Below, in pieces: positions 11,186-24,419 of a stretch of 64,000 nt of DNA (position 1 is the stretch's first letter; every line of letters begins with the position of its first letter). The position numbers and the translations under genes were made by a program. Where the stretch lies: assembly GCF_963921235.1 (NCBI RefSeq), contig NC_086098.1, positions 1,984,001-2,048,000 on the forward strand. Reading direction: 5' to 3'. Under the pieces are notes generated by a model. The model saw nothing but the letters and a program-made list of their open reading frames with translations, did no database searches and was not told where the DNA came from. This stretch comes from Mobula hypostoma. Its lineage: Eukaryota.

Positions 11186-13590
11186 CAGAATCAGAATCAG
11201 GTTTATCATCACCGGCATATGACATGAAATTTGTTAACTTAGCAGCAGCAGTTCAATGTAATACATAATATAGAAGAAAAAAACAAAATAATAATAATAA
11301 TAATAATACATAAATAAATAAATAAATAAATTACAGTATATAGAACCATAGAGACTACAGCACAGGCCTTTTGGCCCTTCTTGGCTGTGCCGAACCATTT
11401 TCTGCCTAGTCCCACTGACCTGCACACGGACCATATCCCTCCATACACCTCCCATCCATGTATCTGTCCAATTTATTCTTAAATGTTAAAAAAGAACCCG
11501 CATTTACCACCTCGTCTGGCAGCTCATTCCATACTCCCACCACTCTCTGTGTGAAGAAGCCCCCCCTTATGTTCCCTTTAAACTTTTCACCCCTCACCCT
11601 TAACCCATGTCCTCTGGTTTTTTTCTCCCCTTGCCTCAGCCGAAAAAGCCTGCTTGCATTCACTCTATCTATACCCATCATAATTTTATATACCTCTATC
11701 AAATCTCCCCTCATTCTTCTACGCTCCAGGGAATAAAGTCCCAACCTATTCAACCTTTCTCTGTAACTCAGTTTCTCAAGTCCCGGCAACATCCTTGTAA
11801 ACCTTCTCTGCACTCTTTCAACCTTATTTATATCCTTCCTGTAATTTAGTGACCAAAACTGAACACAATACTCCAGATTCAGCCTCACCAATGCCTTATA
11901 CAACCTCATCATAACATTCCAGCTCTTATACTCAATACTTTGATTAATAAAGGCAAATGTGCCAGAAGCTCTCCTTACGACCCTATCTACCTGTGACGCC
12001 ACTTTTAGGGAATTTTGTATCTGTATTCCCAGATCCCTCTGTTCCACTGCACTCCTCAGTGCCTTACCATTAACCCTGTATGTTCTACCTTGGTTTGTCC
12101 TTCCGACATGCAATACTTCACACTTGTCTGTATTAATCTCCATCTGCCATTTTTCGGCCCATTTTTCCAGCTGGTCCAAGTCTCTCTGCAGGCTCTGAAA
12201 ACCTTCCTCACTGTCTACTACACCTCCAATCTTCGTATCATCAGCAAATTTGCTGATCCAATTTACCACATTATCATCCAGATCATTGATATAGATGACA
12301 AATAACAATGGACCCAGCACTGATCCCTGTGGCAAACCACTAGTCATAGGCCTCCACTCGGAGAAGCAATTCTCTACTACCACTCTTAGGCTTCTTCCAT
12401 TGAGCCAATGTCTAATTCAATTTACCACCTCTCCATGTATACCTAGCGACTGAATTTTCCTAACTAACCTCCCATGCGGGACCTTGTCAAAGGCCTTACT
12501 AAAGTCCATGTAGACAATATCCACTGCCTTCCCTTCATCCACTTTCCTGGTAACCTCCTCGAAAAACTCCAATAGATTGGTCAAACATGACCTACCACGC
12601 ACAAAGCCATGTTGACTCTCCCTAATAAGTCCCTGTCTATCCAAATGCTTGTAGATTCTGTCTCTTAGTACTCTCTCCAATAACATATCTACTATCAACG
12701 TTAAACTTAACTGACATAATTTCCCGGATTACTTTTCGATCCTTTTTTAAACAACGGAACAACATGAGCCACTCTCCAATCCTCCGGCACCTCACCTGTA
12801 GACAGCGACATTTTAAATATTTCAGCCAGGGCCCCTGCAATTTCAACACTAGTCTCCTTCAAGGTCCGAGGGAACGCCCTGTCAGGTCCCGGGTATTTAT
12901 CCACTTTAATTTTCCTAAAGACAGCAAGCACCTCCTCCGTTTCGATCTGTACAGTTTCCATGATCTCACTACTTGATTCCCTCAATTCCATAGATTTCAT
13001 GCCAGCTTCCTTAGTAAATACAGACGCAAAAAGCCTACTTAAGATCTCCCCCATTTTCTTTGGTTCCGCACAAAGCCGACCACTCTGATCTTCAAGAGGA
13101 CCAATTTTATCCCTTACAATCCTTTTGCTCTTAATATACTTGTAAAAGCTCTTTGGATTATCCTTCACTTTGACTGCCAAGGCAACCTCATGTCTTCTTT
13201 TTGCCCTCCTGATTTCTTTCTTAAGTATTTTCTTGCACTTCTTATACTCCTCAAGCACCTGATTTACTCCCTGCTTCCTATACATGTCATACAACTCCCT
13301 CTTCTTCTTTATCAGAGTTGCAATATCCCTTGAGAACCAAGGTTCCTTATTCCAAGGTTCCTTACATGTATATCGAATAGATTAAAAACTGTGCAAAAAA
13401 ACCAGCAATAATATATATTAAAAAAAGTGAGTCCAAGTTTTCGATGTCGATTTAGGAATCAGATGGCAGAGGGGAAGAAGCTGTTCCTGAATCCCTGAGT
13501 GCATGCCTTCAGGCTTCTGTACCTCCTACCTGATGGTAAAATGAGAAAAAGGAATGCCTTTTACCTCCTTTTACTGGAGGTCCTTAATAT
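11186..13590 (-). mobile_element. Rex1/Babar-like 3' fragment interrupted by the CR1 at 11342-13364
   Basis: Tail reads (CAGAAT)n on + at 11186; sequence resumes at 13368 and runs into gggaagaagctgttcctga, the ORF end. Confidence 0.7.
11342..13364 (-). mobile_element. Young 5'-truncated CR1 LINE (RT domain, a few frameshifts)
   Basis: ORFs 12707-13294, 12417-12698 and 11406-12383: [60 protein letters not shown] at 11336-41 and 13368-73. Confidence 0.95.
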
Positions 13591-13739
13591 CTCATTGTAA
13601 TTATGTTTTTTTAAATTATGTACTACAATCACTGTGCCATCATACTTGATTCTGGGTATGTTTCAGACACCCAAATATTCTTCTCAGGAAAAAGCATCTT
13701 GAAGAACGCTGGTTGATAATCCAACATCTTTGATCCATC

Positions 13740-14240
13740 CACCACAACAGGCAGGAATTCCCAGCCACACAAAGATCTGCAGCCAGTATCTGCATATTTT
13801 CTTGTGTTTAAAGCAGGATTTCCCAGTGGCCACCCATTTTAATTTGACTTCCCATTCCCAGTCAGACATGTTGGTCTACTGCCACAATGGGGCCACTCTC
13901 AGGTTGAAGGAGCAACCCCTCATATTCCATTTGGGTAGCCTCCAACCTGGTGGCAGGAACATTGATTCTCAAACTTCAAGTGAGTTCTCTTCCCTCCTCT
14001 TCTCTCTTTTCCCATTGCTCTTTCAGGCTCCCCTCTTACCCCTTCCATTCTCCTCACCTGCCTATCCCCTCCCTCTGGTGCACCTCCTCCTTCCATTTGT
14101 CCCATCGTCCACTCTGATCAGGTTTGTTCTTCTTCAGCCCTTTACCTCTTCCAGCTATCACCTCCCAGCTTCTCACTTCATCCCCCCTCCCCCACCCACC
14201 CACCTTCCCCCTCACCTCATCCCACCTATCACCTATCATT
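13740..14240 (+). mobile_element. Penelope-like 3' fragment
   Basis: QDFPVATHFN...LRLKEQPLIFHLGSLQP, the C-terminus of the GIY-YIG domain. Confidence 0.8.
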
Positions 14241-17200
14241 TTATACTCTTCCGAGCAACTACAGAAAATCATGGTCGTGCAAAATCCATGATCGCCCATG
14301 ACATACGAGCAAATGAATGATATTTTTATTGTAATTTACTGTTTTAAAAAAAACATTACGTACTTCCATTGCAATGACAACCAATTTCACGACAGAATCC
14401 AATGATATTAAACCTGATTCTGATGCTGATTCATAGGATTCTAAAGTGACCATTGAGGATCTGAGTTTCATAACAAATCAACATTTGAGACACTCAACAA
14501 TCTCCAGATGTTGGAATCTGGAGTATCAGAACAATCTGCTTGCCCTAATATAAGGTTATGAGCTGATATGCTGATAAATATGTTGATTAATAAAATAAAG
14601 GTTAGTTTTGTTTGTCACATGTACATTGAACCATCTAAACATAACAGTGAAATGTCAATATGTTTCAATAGGTATATTTAATGTCAGAGAAATGTACAGT
14701 ATACAATATACATCCTGAAATGCAGTATACAATATACAATGACCAACACAGTTGAATGTGTGTTGGGGGCAGCCTACAAGTGTCACCATGGTTCCGGTGC
14801 CAACATAGCGTGCCCACAGTTTACGGTCTAGTCCGTATGTCTTTGGAATGTTGGAGGAAACCCGAGCACCCAGAGGAAACCCACATGGTCACAGGGAAAA
14901 TGTACAACCTCATTACTTACAGCAGTGGAATTAAACTTTGGTCACCGGCACTGAAATAGCATTACGTTAACCATTAATCTACCATTCCACACACTGATAT
15001 CTCCTCCCACCCAACAGTTTGTTTGGAATCTTAAACATAAATGATTCTGCAGATGTTGGAAATCCAGGAACACACACAAAATGCTGGAGGAACTCAACAG
15101 GACAGGCAGCGTCTATGGAAATGAATGAATAGTTGATGTTTCAGGCCAAGACACTTCTTCAGGATGGTTTATTTGTTAATCTGTAAACATGTTATTTTAG
15201 AAAAGTTATCCTGACTTGGGAAGAAATATGAAATCTCGATTAGTTAATAAGTTGCGTTTTGACTTATTTCCTATTTAAATATTTTTATCTGTAAAGAATA
15301 AGATTTTTAAAAGACTATTGAAATTAACAGCAAAAAATATTATCTGGCAAGCATAAAGTACACCTGGGGTGATATATGGCACATCAATAAATCAGTTTTA
15401 TCTGCTCTTAAGGAGGAGTCATATTTTACTCAGCTATCATTGCACAGAGGAGGTGCTTAAGGCTGAACAATAGACGATAACAGGCTCAAATTGACTCTAC
15501 GTGATTTATATTCAGCATGCAGTGAACATCCTCATCGTGTGGAGACTTTTAATCCAAGTTCATTTAATTAAAGGCTTTCTGCAGTGAGGTGTGTGGGAGC
15601 CGTAAAAGGGGAAGTAAGGATAGTGCAGACTGCAAGGTCCGATGGAGGTGGATGTGCAGAGTGGCGACTGCAGGAGCAGAAAGTGTCAAATCAAACATTT
15701 GCTGTTTTGAAAGTGTGTCCACAAAGATAAAAATTAGAAAAACTTCTCTGAATATTACAAAAATATTGCGGAATATTTGCCTTGAAATTGGATTCCACAG
15801 TATCCAATAAGAGTCTAACAAATAATAGTGAAATTGACCTAACAATTGCTATAGGTTTTTGTACAGAGAGTACGGTGTCCTAAACCACCGTCTGTGTGTG
15901 TCTTTGGGAGTCGCAAGGAAAGCAGCTAGGTGATGCTTACTTACAAGATCAGAGGTGAAAGAAAAATGGAGGATTCTGTGGGAGGGAAGGGTCAGATTGA
16001 TCTTGCAGCAGGTTAAAATGTCAGAATCAGAATGAGAATCAGGTTTAATATCATCAACATATGTTGTGAAAATTGTTGGCTTTGTGGCAGAGGTACAATG
16101 CATTATATAATAATAAAAACATGAATTACAGTATATATGTAATAATTAAAATAAATAAGTAGTGCAAAAGTAGAAATAAGAAAGTAGTGAGGGAGTGTTC
16201 ATGGGTTCAATGTCCATTGAGAAATCAGACTGCAGATGGGAAGAAGCTGATCCTGAATCACTGAGTGGAGGTGTCTGTAACTCCTTCCTGATGGTAGCAA
16301 TGGGAACAAGGCATGGCCTGGGTGATGGGTCCTTAATTTTGGACACCACCCTTTTAAGACATTCCCCTTTGAAGATGTCCTGGATAGTGTGAGAGTGTGA
16401 GAGTGTGAAAGTGTGAGAGTAAGAGAGTGAGTGAGAGAGAGAGAAAGAGAGAGAAAGTCGTGGCTAATACGAGAGGTCATAGTTTTCAGCTGATTAGAGC
16501 AAAGTTTAGGGGGGATGGCAGAAGTAAGTTCTTTAATCAGAGAATTGTGGGTGCATGGAATGTGCTGCCGGGGTGTTGGAAGAGGTAGATACATTAAGCA
16601 AATTGAAAAAACTCTTAGGCACATGGATGATAGAAAAATGGAGGGCTATGTAGGAAGGAAGGGTGAGATGGTTCTTCAAATCAGTTGAAAGGTCGGCACA
16701 ACATTGTGGACTAAAGGGCCTGTACTGTGCTGTACTATGTTCTGTGTTCTATGTCCTATGCACTGTGTACTGTGTTCTCTTTTCATGTTCTGTGTTTAAC
16801 TCTCCCCCACAGAGGCTGCAGAACAGACCTAGCTAAGGCTGGAAGTTACAACACGGCAGCTGTTGGAAGCCTGAAATAAGAACAGAAAATACTAGAAACA
16901 CAGAGAAGGTGAGGCAAACATTAAACAGATTTAATGTTTTGAGCCAAAGACCCTTTTGATATGAAGTCTAAGCCCTATGTTATCTTTTCACAGTAGTTGC
17001 CTGATCTGCTGAGTGCTTCCAGAAGTTTCTGCTTTATGAAGATTACAGATTATATTTATTTGTCATGTGTACATCGAAGCATACAGTGAAATGTGCTGTT
17101 TGTGTCAATGACCAACACAGTCTGAGGATGTGCTGGGGGCAGCTCGCAAGTGTCACAATGCCTCTGGTGCTAACACCGTATGTTCATAACTTACTAGCTT

Positions 17201-17409
17201 CAACCCTCATGTCCTTTTGGAATGCGGGAGGAAACCCAACTGGTCACGGGGTGGGGGGCAACGGACAAACCCCTTGCAATGGGAACTGAATGCCTACAAA
17301 GCATTAAGTCAATCACTGCACTGCTGTGGAAGGCATGTGGAGGAGATTATCTGGGATCTTGCCTGGGCTGGAGGACTACTAACCCTAGCTCGTATGTCTT
17401 CAGAATGTG

Positions 17410-17622
17410 AAACAAAAGAGAATCTGCAGATGCTGGAAATCCAAACAACACACAAAATGCTGGAGGAATTCAGCAGGCCAGGCAGCATCTATGGAAAGGA
17501 GTACAGTCAACGTTGTGGGCAGAGACCTTTCAGCAGGACAGTACTCGGCCTGAAGCATCGACTGTACTCCTTTCCATAGATGCTGCCTGGCCTGCTGAGT
17601 TCCTCCAGCATTTTGTGTGTTC
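17410..17622. mobile_element. Palindromic PLE-terminal-repeat element
   Basis: 62-nt inverted arms 17447-17508 and 17560-17621 with 1 mismatch; TSD cttcagaat(g/a)tg at 17398-409 and 17623-34. Confidence 0.8.
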
Positions 17623-17801
17623 CTTCAGAATATGGGCGGAAACTACAGCACCTGGAGGAAATCCATGTGGTTACGGGGAGAACGTACAAACTCCTTTTAG
17701 ACAGTGAAAGGAATTGAACCCTGATTGCTATCATGAACAGTTATATTGACTGCAGACCAACTCACAAAGCAGGTGGGGGATAGCAGAAAGGAAGGGTACA
17801 T

Positions 17802-17803
<2 letters not shown>

Positions 17804-17839
<36 letters not shown>

Positions 17840-17983
17840 GTGTGTGTGTGCGTGCGTGCGTGTGTGCGTGCGTGTGTGTGTATGTGAGTGTGTGTGTGTG
17901 TGTGCGTGTGCGTGTGCGTGTGCGTGTGTGTGTGCGTGTGTGTGTGTATGTGAGTGTGCGTGTGTGTGAGTGTGTGGTGTGTG
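17804..17983. repeat. Compound (GT)n/(GTGC)n microsatellite
   Basis: Directly visible. Confidence 0.98.
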
Positions 17984-19209
17984 TTCCATTCAGTGATGTA
18001 TCCCAGGTGCTGCAACGTGAGTGAAGTTTTCTCCCGTTTCCTCCACAGAGCAAAGACGGAGCGGGTAGTTTAAATGGTCTTTGTAAATTGTCCCATGGGT
18101 TAAATCGGGATTGTCAGGGGTTGATAGGGTGGCACTGCTTAAGGGCCGGAAGGTCTTTTCCACACCTTAGCGCTAAAATGAAAGAGGCAGAAATTGCAGC
18201 ACTTGGCTCTGATATGAATAATGTCCAAAGTCCCTGAGTAGTGAGGAAATGACTAGTATTGGACTCTCCCATTACCCTGAGCATTGTAAAGTGAGGCTGA
18301 CAGATGCTGTGTGTGTGTTGACATAGATGTCACGGTACAGACCATTTAATTACCGTCTCATTATCAATCTTAGTGTGCTGTGCTTCCCATACAAAATGCT
18401 GGAGGAACTCAGCAGGTCAGGCAGCAGCCAACTAGTCTCCATCCAGTAATTGATTTATGGTCAATCATTCTTTGTCCACTCACTTAACCTATCTATATCT
18501 CTCTGTACACATTCACACCCTCTGTACAATTTGCTTTTTCACTCAATTTAGTTGCATACACTACACTTGGTACAGACTTCATTAGACCATAAGACTTAGA
18601 AGCAGAATCAGGCTGCTCCACCATCTCATCATGGCTGATTTATTATCCTTCTCAACTTCATTCTTCTGTCTTCTCTTCATGACCCTAGACATCCATTCTA
18701 ATCAAGAACCTGTCAACACCTGATTTAAATTTACACAATGATGACCTCCACAGCCATCTGTGGCAATGATTTCCACAGATTAACCACCCCTGATGAAAGA
18801 AATTCCTCCACATCTCTGTTAAAAATGGTCATCCCTATAGTCTGACCTGTGCCCTTTTTGTTCCAGCACTTTCAGAGCCTGGAAAGTCTTACTAAATAAC
18901 ATTCTAAACCTCAGTTATAACTTTGGCAAACTGGCAAACTTTGCTGCACTTCCCCCTTGTCCTGTTTGACTTCCACAGAGTAACTTCAAGGCACATTTTA
19001 ATTCAATGATGTGATTACATTCCTCTTCTTCTTAAACACCCACCACACTCTGATTTAAGAGACTCTTAGAATGGCTAATACAAGACAGCACAATTTTAAG
19101 GTGACTGGAGGAAAGAAGAGGGGATGTCAGAGGTAGGTGTTTATACACAGAGAGTTAGTGTATGCAATACCCTGCCATAGATGGCGATAGAGATAGATAC
19201 TTATATCAC

Positions 19210-19975
19210 ACCAGTTAAGTGTGAGGTGGTTCATTTTGGTAGGTCAAATATGTTGGCAGAATGGTAAGATTCTTGGCAGTGTGGAGGATGAGAGAGATCT
19301 TGGGGTCAAAGTTCATTGGAGACTAAAAGCTGCTACGCAGGTTGACTCTATGGTTCAGAAAGCATACGGTGCATCGCTCTTCATCAATCATGGGATTCAG
19401 TTTAGGAGCCGAGAGGTAATGTTGCAGTTATATAGGACCCTGATCAGACCCCACTTGGAGTACTGTGCTTAATTCTGGTTGCCTCACTACAGGAAGGATG
19501 TGGAAACCATAGAAAGGGTGCAGAGGATATTTACAAGGATGTTGCCTGGATTGGGGAGCATGCCTTATGAGAATAGGTTGATTGAACTTGGCCTTTTTAC
19601 CTTGGAGCAACGGAGGATGAGAAGTACCTGATAGAGGTGTATAAGATGATGAGAGGGATTAATCGTGTGGATAGTCAGAGGCTTTTTCCTAGGGCTGAAG
19701 TAGGTAGCACAAGAGGGGTGCTTGGAAGTAAGTACAGAGGAGAAGTCAGGGGCAAGTTTTTTACGCAGAGAGTGGTGAGTGCATGGAATAGGCTGCCGGC
19801 AACGGATATGATAGGGTCTTTTAAGGGACTCCTAGACAGGTACATGGAGCTTAGAAAAATAGAGGGCTATGGGTAACCCTAGGTAATTTCTAAGGTAAGA
19901 ACATGTTTGGTGCAGCTTTGTGGCCCAAAGGGCCTGTATTGTGCTGTAGGTTTTCTATGCTTCTGTGTTTCTATC
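19210..19975 (+). mobile_element. CR1 3' fragment
   Basis: EVMLQLYRTLIRPHLEYCA, FFTQRVVSAWNRLP, TTTCTATG tail. Confidence 0.9.
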
Positions 19976-20556
19976 TTCTTTAAGAGACTCTTAGATTGGC
20001 ACATGTATGAAAGAAAAATAGAGGACTATCATAAATACAAGAGATTCTGAAACTGCTGGAAATCTGGAGTAACACATATAAAAACTTATCATGAATCCTG
20101 ACAAAAGATCTTGGCCCGAAACATTAACTCTTTTTCCCTTTCTATAGATACTGCCTGATCTACAGAGTTCCTCCAGCATTTTGCATGTGTTAAGATGGAG
20201 GGTTATGTAGGAAGGAACCGTTACATAGATCTTGGAGTAGGTTAGAACGGCGGCGAAACGTCATGAGGCAAAGGGCCTGTTATGTGCTGTAATGTTGCTA
20301 AAAGTGAAGATGTACCATGTTGGAACTGATTTGTTTTTGGTTTTTCAGATATAGAAACAGCACTAGCTCTGCAGCAAGTAATTTATTATTTCTAGGCTAT
20401 TTGTGTGGTGTATCTCCGATTTAAATAAAGCCAGTAACTCCTGGGGCATTACATTACATTAATGAATATGTTACATAGAAAGATAGAAATCCTACAGCAC
20501 AATACAGGCCCTTTGGCCCACAATGCTGTGTCGAACACGTACTTACTTCGGAAATT

Positions 20557-21212
20557 TATTTTTAGATTATGAGGACACCCAGTCCTCGTTTATTGTCATT
20601 TAGTAATGCATGCATTAAGAAATGATACAATGTTCCTCCAGTATGATATCACAGAAACACAGGACAGACCAAGACTAAAACTGACAAAAACCACATAATT
20701 ATAACATATAGTTACAACAGTGCAAAACAATACCGTAATTTGATAAAGAGCAGAACATGGCACAGTAAAAAAATGTCTCAAAGTCCTGATACACCCATCA
20801 TCTCACACAGACGGTAGAAAGGAGAAACTCTCCCTGCCATGAACCTCCAGCGCCGCAAACTTGCTGACGCAGCACCCTGGAAGCACCCGACCGCAGCCAA
20901 CTCTGAGTCCGTCCGAAAACTTCAAGCCTCAGACACCGAGCACCATCTCTGCCGAGCGCTTCGACCCCAGCCCCGGCCGCCGAGTAACAAGCAGAGCTGA
21001 GGACTCGGGGCCTTCCTCTCCGGAGATTCTGGATCACACAGTAGCAACGACAGTGAAACAGGCATTTCAGAAGTTTCACCAGATGTTCTTCTGTGCTTTC
21101 ACATCTGCCTCCATCAAATCAGGATTGTGCATGGCCTCCTACTTGACAGATTACAGATATTCATCACTGGAGTGGCCGTTGCGCGCTGTCGCGCCGCCAT
21201 CTTCTCCTCTCC
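20557..21212 (-). mobile_element. Non-coding, LINE-dependent element (~650 bp)
   Basis: 5' end GGAGAGGAGAAGATGGCGGCG (YY1-like internal promoter motif, CpG-rich); 3' end tgacaataaa plus hairpin and A-rich tail; interrupts a CR1. Confidence 0.65.
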
Positions 21213-21413
21213 CTAGGGTTACCCATAGCCCTCCATTCTTCTAAGCTCCATGTACTGATCCAGGAGTCTCTTAAAAGACCCTATTGAATCCACATCCACC
21301 ACCATCACCGGCAGCTTATTCCACGCACTCACCACTCTCAGCACAAAAAACTTATCCCTGACATTTTCTCTGTCCTACCTCCAAGCACCTTAAAACTATG
21401 CCCTCTTGTGTTA

Positions 21414-21873
21414 CACACATAAAAGTTGCTGGTGAACTCAGCAGGCCAGGCAGCATCTCTAGGAAGAGGTGCAGTCGACGTTTCAGGTCGAGACCCTTCG
21501 TCAGGACTAACTGAAGGAAGAGTGAGCAAGGGATTTGAAAGTGGGAGGGGGAGGGGGAGATCCAAAATGATAGGAGAAGACAGGAGGGGGAGGGATGAAG
21601 CCAAGAGCTGGACAGGTGATTGGCAAAAGGGGATATGAGAGGATCATGGGACAGGAGGTCCGGGAAGAAAGATGGGGGGGGGGACCCAGAGGATGGGCAA
21701 GGGGTATATTCAGAGGGACAAAGGAGAGTGAGAGAAAGAATGTGTGTATAAAAATAAGTAACAGATGGGGTATGAGGGGGAGGTGGGGCATTAGCGGAAG
21801 TTAGAGAAGTCGATGTTCATGCCATCAGGTTGGAGGCTACCCAGACGGAATATAAGGTGTTGTTCCTCCAACG
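21414..21873 (-). mobile_element. Young Penelope-like 3' end
   Basis: Perfect 10-bp TSD TCTTGTGTTA (21404-13 and 21874-83); ORF end LEEQHLIFRLGSLQPDGMNIDFSNFR. Confidence 0.9.
21472..21509 (-). ncRNA. Minimal type I hammerhead ribozyme motif in a PLE terminal repeat
   Basis: Minus strand reads UAGUC CUGACGA AGG gucucga CCU GAAAC GUC GACUG: stem I, intact core, stem II, palindromic ACGU in place of stem III. Confidence 0.75.
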
Positions 21874-21940
21874 TCTTGTGTTAGCCATTTCAGCCCTGGG
21901 AAAAAGTCTCTGACTATCCACATGATCAACGCCTCTCATC

Positions 21941-22470
21941 AGCCAAAGCAAATAAAATGCTGGGTGTCCAGAGAAGAAACCTCCACTCGTGCAGTAAATC
22001 CGTCAAGGACGTGGCATACAGGACACTTGTCTGTTCAAAGCTTGAGTATTGTGCGGCCATATGGGATCCCCTCAAACTAACAAAAGAAGTCCATCGAAAA
22101 AATCCAATGCTATGCTGCTCGCTTTGTGTTAAACGATTACAGCAGGAAATCCAGTGTCACCAACATGCTCTCTAACCTTCAATGGGAACCACTTGAAAAC
22201 CGACGTATTAAACTGCAGTTAGTTTTCATTTTCAAAGAAGTTCACAACATCACTCCATCAAACATCCAAATTCATCACAGGGTCAGTTCAACTCGACAGC
22301 AAACTGGACCTCACATATTGGAAACTCCTTCATTCAGTAAGATTTACTACCAGTACTCCCTCTACCCAAGATCAACAAGAGAGTGGAATCTTCTGCCGCC
22401 AGACCTGCGCAGTATTTCTGACATTAATATTTTTAAAGGTAGACACAATCAAATCGATTTAGGGGATCTA
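21941..22470 (+). mobile_element. 3' fragment of a distinct LINE (RTEX-like/marine-invertebrate-type C-terminus)
   Basis: KANKMLG..RRNLHSCSKSVKDVAYRTLV..KLEYCAAIWDP; DYSRKSSVTNMLSNLQWEPLENRR; YPRSTREWNLLP. Confidence 0.7.
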
Positions 22471-23790
22471 GTCCCTACCTTAGAACTACTTAGGCTTTAC
22501 CCATAGTCCTCTGTTTTTCTAAGCTCCATGTAGCCATCCAGGAGTCTCTTAAAAGACCCTATTGTTTCCGCCTCCACCACCTCTACTGGCAGCCAATTCC
22601 ACGCACTCACCACTCTTTGTGTAAAAAACTTACCCCGACATCTCCTCTGTACCTACTTCCAAGCACCTTAAAACTATGCCCTCTCATGCTAGTCATTTCA
22701 GCCCTGGGGAGAAGCCTCTGACTATCCACACAATCAATGCCTCTCATTATCTTGTACACCTCTATCAAGTCACCTCTCATCCTCCGTTGCTCCGAAGAGA
22801 AAAGGCTGAGTTCACTCAACCTAGTCTCATAAGGCACGATCCCCAATCCGGGCAACATCCTTGTAAATCTCCTCTGCACCCTTTCTATGGTTTCCACATC
22901 CTTCCTATAGTGAAGCGACCGGAATTGAGCACAGTACTCCAAGTGGGGTCGGACCAGGGTCCTATATAGCTGTAACATTACTTCTTGGCTCTTAAACTCA
23001 ATCCCAAGGTTGATGAAGGCCAATGCACCGTATGCCTTCTTAACCACAGAGTCAACCTGCGTAGCAGCTTTGAGTGTCCTATGGCCTCAGACCCCAAGAT
23101 CCCTCTGATCCTCCACACTGCCAAGAGTCCTACTATTAATACTATATTCTGCCATCATATTTGACCTACCAAAATGTACCACCTCACACTTATCTGGATT
23201 GAACTCCATCTGTCTCTTCTCAGCCCAGTTTTGCATCCTATCGTTGTCCCGCTGTAACCTCTGACAGCCCTCCACACTATCCACAACCTTTGTGTCATCA
23301 GCAAATTTACTAACCCATCCCTCCACTTCCTCATCCAGGTCATTTATAAAAATTATGAAGAGAAGGGGTCCCAGAACAGATCCCTGAGGCACACCACTGG
23401 TCACTAACCTCGATGCAGAATATGACCTGTTTACAACTACTCTCTGCCTTCTGTGGGCAAACCAATTCTGGATCCACAAAGTAAGGTCCTCTTGGATCCC
23501 ATGCCTCCTTATTTTCTCAATAAGTCTTGAATGGGGTACCTTATCAAATGCCTTGCTGAAATCCATATACAACTACATCTCTATCTGTTCCTCTGTGTCC
23601 CTGATACTATTGAGTGGTCTATAAAAAACACTCAGTAGAGTTATTGACCCCTTCCTGTTTCTAACCTCCACCCACAGAGACTCAGTAGACAATCCCTCCA
23701 TGACTTTCTCCTTTCCTGCAGCGGTGACACTACCCCTGATCAGCAGTGCCACGCCCCACCTCTTTTGACTGTTCTGTACCTTTGTTACCG
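22470..23790 (-). mobile_element. CR1 LINE with large internal deletion
   Basis: RT motifs in ORFs 23087-23572 and 22607-23047 directly abut endonuclease motif GVALLIR...ESLWVEVRN (23573-23760). Confidence 0.9.
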
Positions 23791-23934
23791 AATAACAATG
23801 TACCAAATGGATCTCGCAGAAGAGAGAGGGGATAGTGGACACAGGAGTGAAACATTATTTTGTGGCTTTTTCCTTCCACATCTGTTCCTGAAGTTAGTTT
23901 CCATGCAAGTAATCAGGACAGAAAACCTGAAAGA

Positions 23935-24305
23935 GCTGCACACACAAATAGCAGAGGAACTCAGCAAGTCCGGCAGCATCTATGGAAATGGTTGATGTTT
24001 CGGGCTGACACCCTTCTTCAGGACAGGAAAGGAAAGGGGAAAATGGTTTTCCACCTATCATCTCCCACGCCTTAACTCATCCCCACACCCCACCCACCTG
24101 GTTTCACCTTTCATCTTTCTTGCTTGTCCTTCCCCTCTCCCCTCCTTCTTATTCTTCCCCCTTCCTTTCCAGACCTCATGAAGGGTCTCAGCCCAAAAAG
24201 TCAACTGTTTATTCCTTTCCATCGAGGCTACCTGATCTTCAGAGTTCCTCCAACATGTTTTGTATGTTGCTCTGGATTTCCAGCACCTGCAGAATCTCTT
24301 GTGTT
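23935..24305. mobile_element. Tail-out inverted pair of PLE terminal repeats, degraded
   Basis: Minus copy 23935-24040 and plus copy 24055-24305, each with a degenerate hammerhead. Confidence 0.7.
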
Positions 24306-24419
24306 GAAAGAACTGCAGCCGGTTTTGCATTTACAGCTAGATGAGAGTTCTGTTTGCATACAACAGAGGAACAACAGTGCATTAACCCTTGACTGCGACA
24401 GATAGCCGAGCAATGGAAT

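Larger units (their letters stand above)
20474..21940 (-). mobile_element. CR1 3' fragment carrying two nested insertions
   Basis: Segments 20474-20556, 21212-21413 and 21874-21940 are colinear with the copy at 57977-58310. Confidence 0.85.

Noticed and set aside
17697..18053. His/Thr- and Val/Cys-rich ORFs
   Set aside because: Translations of a GT microsatellite
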